A stretch of DNA of 64,000 bases, taken from NCBI GenBank assembly GCA_050084985.1, contig JBITNC010000002.1, positions 36,952,001 to 37,016,000 on the forward strand. Reading direction: 5' to 3'. This stretch comes from Nageia nagi (lineage: Eukaryota > Plantae > Pinophyta). This document shows positions 27,401 through 39,900 of this stretch, one piece after another. The stretch's first letter is position 1; every line of letters starts with the position of its first letter. The notes below the pieces were generated by a model. It saw only the letters and a list, made by a program, of their open reading frames with translations. It was not told the origin of the DNA and did no database searches. A program made the translations under genes and the position numbers.

Positions 27401-28880
27401 GATTCTTATATCCATAGGCTGAATATATTGTGGAGAGGTGTATCATATAACCCTTCCATGGTCATAATGAAGGCCCTTATATTTTATAAATTGTAAGTCA
27501 CTTATTTTACTAAGTTTCTAAACTATTTATGATGATGTTAGAGAGTTTATGTTGTATTGTTTGAAATCAATATATGGATAATGAAGTTACATATAAATGT
27601 ATTAATTAAAATTAATTAAATATTACTTTTAATTTATACATTTATCTACATGTGCTTGTAATGATCATGGTTAACAATGTGAACTTTCTGATTAATTTAT
27701 GTGGAAAGTATAACATATACTTGTATTGCATAGCCTAGTATAATAGTACAGTTGCAAAGTAAGAAATGATGATGTTAACAATGAATATTATATGTTTTAA
27801 TCCTTAGAAAAGGGATTAGATCCCTTTGTATAAATTATTTGGGGACAATATTTCCTAAGAGTGGAAACAATATATAGACATTTGTATTGTATTTCATTTT
27901 GAAGTGGACCTTACCATGATTTGAATTAGTTCATGTTTATTTCTTTTGGTTGTGAAAATTATGGCATTTGAAGTGAAATTGAATGAAATTGGTCTATTAT
28001 TGATTGTAAATTCATTAGAATTGAGGTAATAGAATATCTTGTGCTAAAGGTGACCTTTGCATATTGTTGACCAATAGTTGAATATGACCTCTATGTACTG
28101 TAGCCAATGATTTCTTTAGTATCTTGAACGTATGTTGGTAAAGTATTAAGCTCTTTTTAAAACAAAAATATCACAAAGGAGATTTAAAGGCCATTTTGTA
28201 ATCCAAAGTGAACTCAAGTTAGGATGAAAACTTAAGAAAACTATTGAGAGTGTAGAACATATTTTAAGGTGACACTTCTATGTACACTTGGGTAAACATA
28301 GTTGGAATCCTTCCTGTTTTAATATTGTACATCTTATTGTTGTTATATTTACTATTGTGGAATGATGAAAGCAAAGATTTTAGTTTTTGTATGTTCCTCA
28401 TGTGTTGATGAGGTAGTAAGAACCCTTATTGTGTTCTATTGTATACATGTTACTAGCATGAAATGATATAGAGATTGTTGTTATTAAATGCAGATTAGAA
28501 CAATTTTATCCAAGCAACAAAAAATCAAAAATACCTTGATGCCAACAAAAATCATGCCAATATTGATAGTGATCATGAACTAGTGGACAAGAATGTACAA
28601 CCCAATAATAGTTGTGTTGAGGTAATATAGTAGTTTTTAAGGAATTATATTTTAGTTATGAAATGAGATAACAATTTTGTTTAAATATTTTCTAAGGAAT
28701 TATAATTTACTTATGAAATTGATAGACAATATTTTTTGATAAAGTTTAGACTAATCAAATGCATAACAATGATCTCATAATTTTATGTGTCTGGTATGCA
28801 TGCATGGTAATGATATTTATGTTTGTGTCCTTTCATAACTTATTGATATAATGTGTTTTTATTTTTTCTTTATGCAAAAA

Positions 28881-29135
28881 TGTATTGATAAACTCAAAGA
28901 AGGGGATAAAGTTAAGGTATTGGATCCATTTGATGGTGATGTTGTGGGCATTGGATGAATTCACTCTATATCAATTGTACATGGAGTCAACTTGAAAGGA
29001 ACAAGAGATGCAAATGTAAACATTTTAAAGGTTACAAGTAATGCACCCCTTGCTTATGAGGAAAAAATAGATGGAGATCCTCGCATGAAAGAGAAAGAGG
29101 GATCCTTCATAAGATAGCCACTAAAATATTTGTAA
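28881..29135 (+). pseudogene. Tnp1/En/Spm-like (CACTA accessory protein) terminal exon remnant
   Basis: Manual translation KVKVLDPFDGDVVGIG*IHSISIVHGVNL...LAYEE...GSFIR*PLKYL resembles the VV.G...HG..L...G.FI.WP pattern. The two stops are explainable as CGA>TGA and TGG>TAG. Confidence 0.65.
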
Positions 29136-29557
29136 AAAATGATTGTGTAGTTGATCAACATGTTTATCATGTACTAGTTGTTAGACATCATGGCTCACTC
29201 CTTTATGTAGTATTTTATTTTTGTTGTTTAGGGATTTTATTTATAAAGGTGTTTTTGAAAGAGTTGGAAACTCTTATACAACTTTGAAATTTTTTATTAT
29301 ATTTACATATACACTCTTAGACATCTTATAATTTGATATGTATATTTCTATTAATATTTTTTAATTACATATTACCTTTATTTATCATGATGTTGAATCA
29401 ATCCTTTAATTTTAGCTTGTTGTATCTTGTTCGAATGTGTAATATTTTTATTTAATTTTATCTTTTTAGTTCAATTTTAATATTATGCTATTTTTGCATT
29501 ATTAAATTTATTTCATGACTTTATTTACTACCAACTACTGGTGATCAATAAATAAAA

Positions 29558-30020
29558 ATGACTAAATTTATGACTAATGCAATGACTACATATATGATGA
29601 ATGCAATGACTAAATATATGAATAAATATGCAATTAAATTAATGACTAAATATATGATTAAATTAATGACTAAATATACTACTAAATTCATGAATAAATA
29701 TATGACTAAATTAATGACTAAATATATGACTAAATATATGACTAAATCAATGATTAAATTAATGACTAAATCAATGACTAAATATATGATTAAATCAATG
29801 AATAAATATACTACTAAATTCATGACTAAATTAGTGACTAAATATATTACTAAATTCATGACTAAATATATGATTAAATTAATGAATAAATATACTACTA
29901 AATTCATGACTAAATTAGTGACTAAATATATTACTAAATTCATGACTAAATATATGATTAAATTAATGAATAAATATACTACTAAATTCATGACTAAATC
30001 AATGACCAAATAAATGACTA
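29558..30020. repeat. 12-bp minisatellite (ATGACTAAATAT variants), expanded CACTA subterminal repeat
   Basis: About 38 tandem 12-mers sharing the TGACTAAA core found at the other end of the element (24721-24870). Confidence 0.9.
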
Positions 30021-30157
30021 ACATAGTTTACTCATAAATTTGATCATGAGATAAATGATCGATAATAAACTACTAATGGTCAAGTGATAAAACATAGTTA
30101 TTTATCTACAATTTTTAGTAGTTTATTTAGTCATATATTGCTACTTTTGTATTAGTG

Positions 30158-30480
30158 TTAAAGGTTTTGTGAATTGATAAGATAAATGCCTCATTATAAT
30201 GCAATCTCATAAAATAAAATGATCACAGGATAGGCATAAGATTAATAGATTAAAAAGGGTCCATGACTATTTGCAAGAATTTCTCATCGAAGTATAGTTT
30301 TTTGGGTAGATTAGAACAAAATGGTCACATTAGAAAATCCAATGAATTGTTTTATTAAACATTTCATCAATATATATTCTCATGGGTTACATTGATCAAA
30401 GATTATGCCTCAATGTAATGGCCTATAAAATTTTGATAAAATGCCATTTTGAAAGCAATTCTATGAAACATAAATACTCT
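30158..30480 (+). pseudogene. Highly degenerate PPR fragment; upstream part probably at about 24530-24695
   Basis: Traces such as ATGATCACAGGATAGGCA, CAAAATGGTCACATTAGAAAA and TTTGATAAAATGCC (FDKMP) match the array motifs. Confidence 0.5.
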
Positions 30481-31073
30481 TAAGCAAATGTAGTTTTCAC
30501 ATGTGAAGCTAAATTATCATCTATTCACAACAAGAAACTCCATACTATTAGATTAAATTCATAGAAAGGAATTATTCTTCCTTATGTTCTTCTCCTTCCC
30601 AGTCCTTCTGCTAAGTAGACCACCTCCTCCATTAAATTTTCTTCCCCCTTTTATCCTCTCCCACTAGAAGATTTGGAAGACAACAAGGGAGGTTGAGGAT
30701 GGAATTTATTTCCAACTAAATAACCAAGTGCTCCTCCTTATAATTACATCTTATTGTATTATAGTATAAAACCAAATACAATACATTTTAAGAACTAATT
30801 AATTAATTATTAATATTATATTATAATATTATCAACAATAATATTATATTTTTTATTTATTTTAAAATTTTATATTTAAAATAATACATAAATTAATAAA
30901 TATTAATGATTCATTCATTGATATAAATAAAATAAAATAATATAGATAGTATATATAATACAAGACTTACTATTTACTTCTACTCAACATGAGTAAATAA
31001 TACTTTTTAGATATTTTATTTATTTTCAAACACTTAAAAATGAAAGTACCAAGAATAAAAAAATTTGGGCCAT

Positions 31074-31340
31074 GAAAAGATTGATGAGAAACAAAATGAT
31101 GCTACAACTCTATTTTGTGACAACATGAATACAATACAACTTGCATACAATCCAATCCATTACAACATGTCCAAACACTTCGACATCAAGTACCACTTCA
31201 TTCAAGATATGGTAGAGAATAAGGTGTTGGAGTTGTAATACATTTATATTGAAGATAAGGTGGTTTATTTGTTCATTAAGAGAGTCTCCAAGACTTAGTT
31301 TCTAAAGTTGAGAGACTTCCTGGTATGTCCCCTCAGCATC
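31074..31340 (+). pseudogene. Copia RNase H C-terminal half
   Basis: EKIDEKQNDATTLFCDNMNTIQLAYNPIHYNMSKHFDIKYHFIQD, followed by PPT AAGGGGGAGAA (31341-31351). Confidence 0.92.
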
Positions 31341-31351
31341 AAGGGGGAGAA

Positions 31352-31807
31352 TGTTGGATTTTTGAGCTCTAAAGCCATGGTACTCACAAGGAACAAGTAC
31401 AATAGTCTCATCCAATGGGGATACATCCAACCAATTTAAACCAACTAGTGAATCATCTAATTCAAACTAACTGATCTACAGATTAGCCAACCAATCTGCA
31501 ACACACTAGTTCTTACTGTACACAAGTAGAATGTGATAGATTTATGGTTTTCCTTTAGTTTTTCTTTATTTGGTATGTTATAGCTTAGGTTTATGGTTTG
31601 TTATAGATGGTATAACATGTAAAGATGTTAATAAACTATACATATGGATGTTCACATGGATTTGAGTATTTTTTGTAGTGATTTAGTTGATTTGTGATTT
31701 ACTTGTATGATAAAAGTCATGTTTGTAATATAGTTCCAAACTTGGGAGTATAAATCATTGTATTTAATTTATTTTAATAATCAATCAATGTTGATCATTC
31801 TCTAACA
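31352..31807 (+). repeat. Copia 3' LTR
   Basis: TGTTGG...CTAACA, 456 bp, homologous to 7385-7841. Confidence 0.9.
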
Positions 31808-33540
31808 TGGGATATGCATAAAATAGATAAGTTGAAATACCCCATGAATTATTTGACATAATACCTGATCAAGATGCAACCTCATGGATTGCAATAATCC
31901 TAGGATATGCACAAAATGAGTTTTTTGAAAAGGCTCTAGAGAATTTTAAGTAGATGCAATTGTTATATGTAAATCTAAATATTGTAACCTTTTTCAAGAT
32001 TTTTCTAACATGTGCCACCATGGGCACTCTAGAAGAAGGTATAAACATGTGTCAAAGAGTAGTTTAAAATGGTTTTGTATTGAATATTATGGTTGTGAAT
32101 GCCTTGATAGGCATGTATGCAAAATATGAAAAAATACACAAGGCCAAAGAATTGATTGATAAGATGCATGATGTAGATACAATTTTATGAAATACAATAA
32201 TTGGAGGATATACAATTCATGGTTACAACAAGGATGCCCTTAAAATATTTTATCTTCTGAACCAATCTTGACAATATAACCTTTGTATATGTATTCTACT
32301 TACATGAAGTCATGTAGATCTAGTAGAATGAGGCTTATAAATACTTTAATAACATGAGTGAATCTTATTTCATTATTTTTGGGATGAATAATTATACAAA
32401 CATTGTTGAGCTTCAAAAATTATTGCTAAAATACCCATAAACCCTAAATTGGATGTGTGGCTATATGTACTTGGTGCTTGTAAATCAAATTTTATGGTTC
32501 ATGAAGGATATATTGAGGGATCTTAATGAACTTCACTACCAAAATACCTATAAAATTTAAATTGGGTATGTGGATGCATGTACTTGTTGCTTGTAAAATT
32601 GAATGTTGTGGTTTGTGAAGACTATCTCGAGGAAGCTAAAAATTCAATTCCAAAATACCCATAAACCCTAAATTGGGTATGTGGATATATCTACTTGGTT
32701 CTTGTAAGTTGAATGTTATGGTTGTGAGTATTTTGATAGAAATCTATGAATAATATCAAATAATACACAAGATTGAAGAATTATTTGATAAGATGCATGA
32801 TACAAACCTATTTTCATAGTCTACAATGATTATAAGATACATATGAAATAGGTTTTGTAAAAAAATCCTATAGACCACATGAAAAATATGGAAGAATACA
32901 CAAGACCCTAGATTCATTTGATAAGATGCATTATGCAAATACAATTTCTTAAAAAATGAAAAAAATACAAGGCATGAACATATATGCAATGTGAAGTAGA
33001 ATACAAGGTCATAAAATAAGAAAAAACACATGGTCATAAATTAATGAATTACATCTTCTCACTTCGTCTCACCTTATCTCCTCTCATATTGCCTTGCAAA
33101 ATACCCCTTGCTATCCTCTAACCACTCAATTGGTAAACTAAAAAACTCAAATGAAATAAAAATTCCAAGTTCTTGCCTAGTTCTATGTGCATGCTTTTTT
33201 TAGTTTTTTTCATTAAAGCATGATTATAAGCTACCTCATTAAGTTTTTTAGTGATAATTTTTAGCCAATCGACAAAAATTATCACTAACACCCAAAATTG
33301 AGATGGTTAAAATTGCCTCAAATTGCTCGCCTCCAAAACCCAGTTTTGGTCTAGTGTTATCGCATCTTAGGCCTATCACCAAAATGACATGAAGGAATGA
33401 AATTACACTATATTCCATATTTATATCTCAAATATAATAAATAAATATTTAAATTGTGTTAATTACTTATTACCTAAAATATGATTTTTGATTAAATATG
33501 AAGTCAATTTGATTAATGATACTAAATGATAATAAATCCC
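31808..33540 (+). pseudogene. Continuation of PPR higher-order copy 2 (paralog of about 1335-3070)
   Basis: Colinear with 1335-3070, including three E-motif starts and the non-PPR tail module (2560-3070 vs 33040-33540). Confidence 0.9.
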
Positions 33541-35486
33541 TTTAATAGTATCAAATAAAGAATCAATGTGATAGTTTTAAGGTAAAATAAGTTTGTATAG
33601 GCTTACTATGATCTTTCCTTTACATTGATAAGATTTCTTGTACACTTTCAATAATGAAGAAGTGTATGGTAGTATTTGAACATAATTGTTATATAAAATG
33701 TTTGATTTATGGATAAAATAAATAAAAATTAAAATTAAAGCTAATAAGGTCCAAAGAAATGATTATCTAAATAAGGAAGAGAAGCCAATTTTGGACAAAG
33801 AAGAAAAAATCACAATAATTGAAATAAGCATGGAGATGTATACAATTTGAAAGAATTTAATATATTTAACTCATTTAAAAGTCTTTGTAGTTTATAATAT
33901 TTAAAAGATATGATACACCAATGCGTAGAGAAAGAAGAAACCATATTCCAACATACTAAGACTAGTAAAGATGATGGGTAGAAAGAGATTAGTTAAGTAT
34001 AATACAATGAAGAAAGAAGGGAAATAGTACCATAATGATCAAATATAATTTCAAAATCCTTTGAAAAGATAAAATTGAAAAAGAAGATTCTAAATAAAAT
34101 AAAAACATTTTAAAAAAATGTAAAAAAGCATAAACAAATAATATCATACAATTTGCAAGATGTTCAATTTACAATTGTTAGCATGGAAAAAATAGTAAAG
34201 AATAATAAAGTGTTAAAGATCAATCATATGCTTTTATTTTTTAGGAATATTAACTCCTTTAATTTATTCTTGGGAGTGAGAGAGTTTTTCCCTACTTATT
34301 GAATTTTTATTTTTTTCAAAACAATTGGGGGCAACTCAAGGAGGTGATTAATTAGTTAATTAATTTTAAGATGATTTCAATCAATCATATTTAGGGTCCT
34401 TGGTATGTAAACACATTGTGGTATACCAATGTATACAGTTTATGAATAACTTCAAGAGTTATAGAGTTCATTTGATTGAGAGGTTAAATTTAATTAGAAA
34501 GTCCTAGAAGTTGGTTATTTAGCAATTAAGAAAATAAAAAAATAAGATGAAAACAATGATTATTAGAATTTTTATTGAAGTATTATTTATATCATTTTTA
34601 TGAATTAAGTATAATGGAGAATGATGATGCCTAAACATTAGTTTCAAATGCTTCATTTAATCTTTACTCAACATCATAGGAGAAAATTCCTAGAGAATAT
34701 ATATAATGATGTACGATGTATAAAAGATTTTTCTTTTTCAATTCTCTAATTTATTTTCTTGTTATTCTCAATATTTTAATCTATTCCAAAATGTAAGTGC
34801 AGGCTTATTTTCTTAGTCTCTACTTTTGCAATTCAAGTAATTATAGTAATTCAAATATTTATTTGGTATATATGTAGCATAAAGTGGAATTTTGCTCCTT
34901 ATATTTATGGTGATAGTTCCAAGGAGTGCAACCAAGGTATTATGAATGAAGGTAGATAATCTCATCTATAAAGGAAGGAAAGATTGTTCTTTATGAATCA
35001 TGGTATAATTTAAACCTTCATAGATACATCGATACATAATATCGTTCTATGTCTCTTGACACCATCTATCAAGTTTGGATATGTGCATTCATTACTATGC
35101 TCCTTATTCATGATAATATAGTTTATGTTTTACATATTATTAGGAATTCTTGAAAGTTCATGCAAAATATTCAAAGGTACTAAAGGAGGAAGCAATATGA
35201 TAACATACCATTATACATTATCACACCATAATATGCTAGCATAATGTGCTTATGATGAATAAAGGTCTGAGTTTGATGAGTATATTGACTAAATCTTCTT
35301 GATCCTAAATATGGGCTTCAATCCATAGAGAATAGTTAAACATAATGTTTGTAGTTCATTTGATTTTAGATTTTATTAGATCAAGGTCAATTGAAATATT
35401 AGGTCTCATTTAAATTATCTATGGATTTAATTAATATTATTATATATTATAATTGATATTAAATAAATTGAGAAAAATTAACTTTT

Positions 35487-35580
35487 ATTACCAATACTAG
35501 ATCCAATAGAATCCTAGATAATCAATCAATTTAACCATTACCAATACTAGATCCAATAGAGTACTAGATATTCAATCAAT
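35487..35580. repeat. Two-copy tandem duplication, 50-bp period
   Basis: ATTACCAATACTAGATCCAATAGA at 35487 and 35537. Confidence 0.85.
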
Positions 35581-36904
35581 GTTTAATCCATCTAGCCTAC
35601 TATCATCAACCATTACATTCCATCTACTTAGCATCACCTTTAAAACCTAGGATAACAAGATAAATAAAAAATTAATAAGTTTAAAAATATGTAGATAATA
35701 AAATCCATGGTTAATTATTTTCTTTTGAATACCTTAATCTCTATTTTTTTGTATTAACAACTTATTAAAATAATTATTTATTCCAGAACTAGACCCTAAG
35801 GCCTAAGTAGTACCATAAATAATGCAATACTATCAAAATAATTAATTTCCATTTTATAGGAGAATAGATACCTTGAATCAAGAATAGAAAATCAAGGTAC
35901 CATCTATTTCTAATGCAAAAAAGGAATATTCCATAAGAAAATGATCGTAATATAGTATAATCCTTAAATCCTAGCTCATTTGATGAGAGAATATTTTCTT
36001 AGATATTTTTTTTAAAAAAAAAAAAACCTTTTATTTTCTTTGTATGATCAAATTAAACTTGGATTAATCCTATCTAACTTATCAAAATAACACTTCTACT
36101 CACTTGAAAAAGGCATAATTAAATAAATGCTTCTCAAGGAGTGCCTAACATAATTTTGAAGAAGGGAAACTAGATTCTAACTATGTTGAATTTACTAAAG
36201 GGAAAAATTAGACCAAGTAAGAGGGGAAGCTTATTCATAGAAAAAAATTGATTACTATCTATATTAAATATATGAAGGATAAGGTATAGAGGATTTTCAT
36301 TTAGAAGCACCAAGGTCCTATTCAAACTAGGACTAGTGTTGTTACATTCATTGTCTTAAATTTTTAGTCTAATATACTTTGAAAGTCTAATTTGGTATTA
36401 AATAAGGGTGGAATTTTTAACAAAATTCAAATTTAACATTATTATTTATGATATAAATATTTAATATTCCTACTAAGCTTCAAATCAAGAATCATAGGAT
36501 TGAAATTTAAAATGAAAATAACTTATATGAGATTATATTTTTTTTTTCAAAATACAAAGTTTCTTGAAAATCAAATTTTCTTTCACACCATTACTTAGAA
36601 AAAAATTACTAATCAAAATCCATAATTTTATAAAAAAAAAACATAAACTTTAGAGAGAATTAAAATAAAATATTATTGTATCCTATAGTTTAATGTTAGA
36701 TTTGATAGTAAAAATTGAAACTTTTTACTAATCCTTGATAAATTAAGTAAGATTTATATAATATTCCAAGTATATGACTCAATACAAATTTAAATAACCA
36801 TAATTTATATTGTTAGAAAGGTCATATTTTTAATCCTTATAAACAATGATATCATTAATAGAAGTTAGAAAGTTAGGATTTCACACATTTTATCTTTTAA
36901 AGTT

Positions 36905-39900
36905 TATCATGTTTTCAAATTATTCTTATTCCAAATTAATAATGAATCAAGCAGTAATTGAGAAAATAAGCTAAAATAGTGAAACCATGAAAAATAAATC
37001 CAACACATAAGCAAGAATGAGAGAAAAATATCAATGCCTCAAATTATATCAATAATGGAGCAAGATACAACCAAATAAGTCCAAGAGGGCCAATGCATGA
37101 CTCTATGGACTAGATCTAGGGAATACAATCTCCAAATGTTGATGTCACACTACTAGGGCCTTCAACACCTAGATATGAGCTACAAAGCTAATATGAATAA
37201 GGGTTTGTATCCTTATCCAAAGTATAGTAAGGGATACATCCCACTAAACTCTTCACCACACTAGGTTTCCATCCAATGAGACTCCCAAGAGGTGGTACTT
37301 ACACTTTGAATATAGAATATATCAAATGTACTCAAGATATCCCCTCAATATTGCACCATCCAAATATATAGGAATGCCTCAAGGTTGGGCATCCACACAC
37401 CCCTTAAGGAGATATCATGCTTGGGTGTCCAAATCATACCTTTGGATCACTTCAAATCATGCACCCATATTATAATCATGTGTTGTGCTTTGGGATAAGT
37501 ATGATTACATTTAAATGCTCCTAATCTACCTCTAGGAGGGAGACATCCTATTTTGGGGCTCACAATTGGTCCATATGACCCATAAGTCTCCTATCCCAAG
37601 TTACAATGATGCCAAAGTATACATGTAAATAATTAAGTAAATAATCCTAACTACACAACTACCATTAAAAGAAACAAATTCTAAAAGGGAACATTACATT
37701 CCTCTCTTCTTGAATTGCTTGACCCCAAGCAATGCAAGATTGTTGCATATCATAACTTATTCAAAATGATAAAGTGTTGTATTTAATGTATCCTTGGTAA
37801 CATCTATATTCATACATGTTGTGAATGAGTTTTTTAAGTACAAGCTTCATCATGTTAGCTTCATTATTCATGTCTTACAAATAAGCATATATAAAATCTA
37901 CTAACTCATATCTCCCTTGCTTAGCTATGATGTATAATTGATCACAAACTGAAAGAGAAAGGCTCATAACAACTTTTCTTAGATATGTATCAATGTTGAG
38001 AAATAAGTAAGCTAATTTTGGATCTTCATCAATACTCCTTAGCAATACCAAGTATCTCATCCACCATATCCTCAACTGAACTCTAACAATAACCATCCAG
38101 TCACCCTAAACAATCCACATAATTCCTCCTTCTCTTTTATCTTGTATTGTTGTCTTGCTCTCCTCTAATGCAACCCATGAGGAATGGTATTAATCATCCA
38201 AAATTCAATCCAAGAACTCCTAAACTACCCCATCTTCAATAGCATTCAAACCATCATCAATTGTAACCATGATATCACCAAGTTCCATAAATAAGTCTAT
38301 TTCATCTTGGATGCCTTTAATCTTGCAATGAAAGTTTATCCAAGTAATATTTAATAAGATGATTAATGTTCCTCTTGTAGAAACTAGTAAGGCATGTTCA
38401 TGTGCTATCCTTATAATAAATATTACCAAAATACTCATCTCATCAGCCACTAATGTAATCCTCCACACATGCATTCTATTATCCAAGCCATCAACATATG
38501 ATGTAAAAATAGAAAATATTTTAATAGTATACCTTACAATCTTCATGATATGGACTAGAATCTCCATTTCCATTAGTGTAAGAGGTTTTTCCTCCAAATG
38601 ACATCCATACCCTAGCCACATGCTACCCTTGGATGTGTTATCATCTCTAAATTCAAAATAAGGTAAAAAATTAATGAATCAACATAATCATGCAAAGCAT
38701 ACCTTCCAAGGATTGGATGAGCATCTTCCTAATTGGTGGAATGATAACTCAAGAGTGTAGAGATGCTCCTAAATCCCTTAGAAGCCAAACATCCCACATT
38801 CAATTTGGAGGAGTTCTTCTCTCCTTCTACATCCTTCTTGCCTAGTCATCCATATCCATGCACTATCTCCAAATAACTAGACGAAGCTAGGAAAGTAGTC
38901 CTTTATGCCTTGTAGTGTATATTCCTTTCTATACACTTCAAATTTCATCACCAACTTTTGATAATTTGAATGGATATCTCCTAAATTATATAGCCACTAG
39001 ATACTCCAAAACTTAAATACAAAATACCATATAAAGGATAGACATAGAAGTCCTCCCTTGCCACATAATCTTGGATGCTTACGCAAAATTCCTTTACTAT
39101 TCTCTCCACCAACATAAGTTTCCTATTTGCATTATTCATACAAAAGCCTTCAAACTCCTTGCTCTTGAGGCCCTTATTCCATACAAATTCCTCATTGATG
39201 AAGTTGTGGGCGGATCCTAGATCTATCAATACCATAACCTCTTGATTTACAACCATGCATTTGACCTTAAGTGTGAAGTATTTGGGTACCCACATAATAA
39301 TGTGATAATTCATCCTATGGCATTTTTACTATCAAGAGTAGGAAGTTATTACTTTTGATCAAATCCTCTTAAATATAACTTCAAGTTTGAATCATCATCC
39401 TCTAAGATCACCTCAATATAGTAAACTTTTTCTTTACCTAAAAATTGATGGCCACACTCCAAAGGTTGCTTGCAATTGAAATAAATGTTCCTCTACCTCA
39501 ACTTATTCTTACTGTTAGGGGTAGTAAGTTTTTACTTCTGATCAAATCCTCGTAAATCTAGTTGCAATTTTGAATCATCATCCTCTAAGATCATCTCAAT
39601 ATAGTGAACTTATAATTTCCCTAAGCACCTATGGAAATGATCCCAAAGTTTCTTGCAACTAAAATAAAAACTACTTTTGATAGTTGGATGTCCCATCTCT
39701 AACATTCCTCTTCTAATTTTCCCTATCATGGTTGGAGTAGTGGGCTTGATCCTCATCATGTTAGGCTCCAAATATAACACCATTTTGATGACATATTGTA
39801 CTTATGTTGGGGAGAAATCCTTCACTAATCCCCTCTAATATTCTACCAAACCTTTAGTCAAGAGGAAGGTAACCCTCTTCTCCAAAATGCTAGGAATCAT

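Larger units (their letters stand above)
24696..30157 (+). mobile_element. Non-autonomous CACTA (En/Spm) DNA transposon
   Basis: Ends TACTAGTATAA / TTGTATTAGTG (reverse complement CACTAATACAA). TGACTA/TAGTCA subterminal repeats at both ends. Internal Tnp1-like exon. The 3-bp TSD is not conserved. Confidence 0.8.
11802..31073. mobile_element. Unclassified composite insertion splitting Copia RNase H
   Basis: RNase H stops at ...KLL*KI (11801) and resumes EKIDEKQ (31074). Flanked by TAAAAGATT (11793-11801) and GAAAAGATT (31074-31082). No TIR seen. Confidence 0.7.
7385..31807 (+). mobile_element. Decayed Ty1/Copia LTR retrotransposon containing a 19.3-kb nested insertion
   Basis: Two related ~456-bp LTRs, a degenerate tRNA-Met PBS, domain order gag-PR-IN-RT-RNaseH and a PPT. 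PPR sequence broken at 7384 continues at 31808. No clean TSD. Confidence 0.92.

Noticed and set aside
29545-30024. 151-aa and 159-aa ORFs on opposite strands
   Set aside because: By-products of a stop-free 12-bp minisatellite in the CACTA subterminal region; low complexity, no domain.
33540-36904. Possible decayed LINE or other element
   Set aside because: AT-rich with no ORF, motif or boundary I can support.
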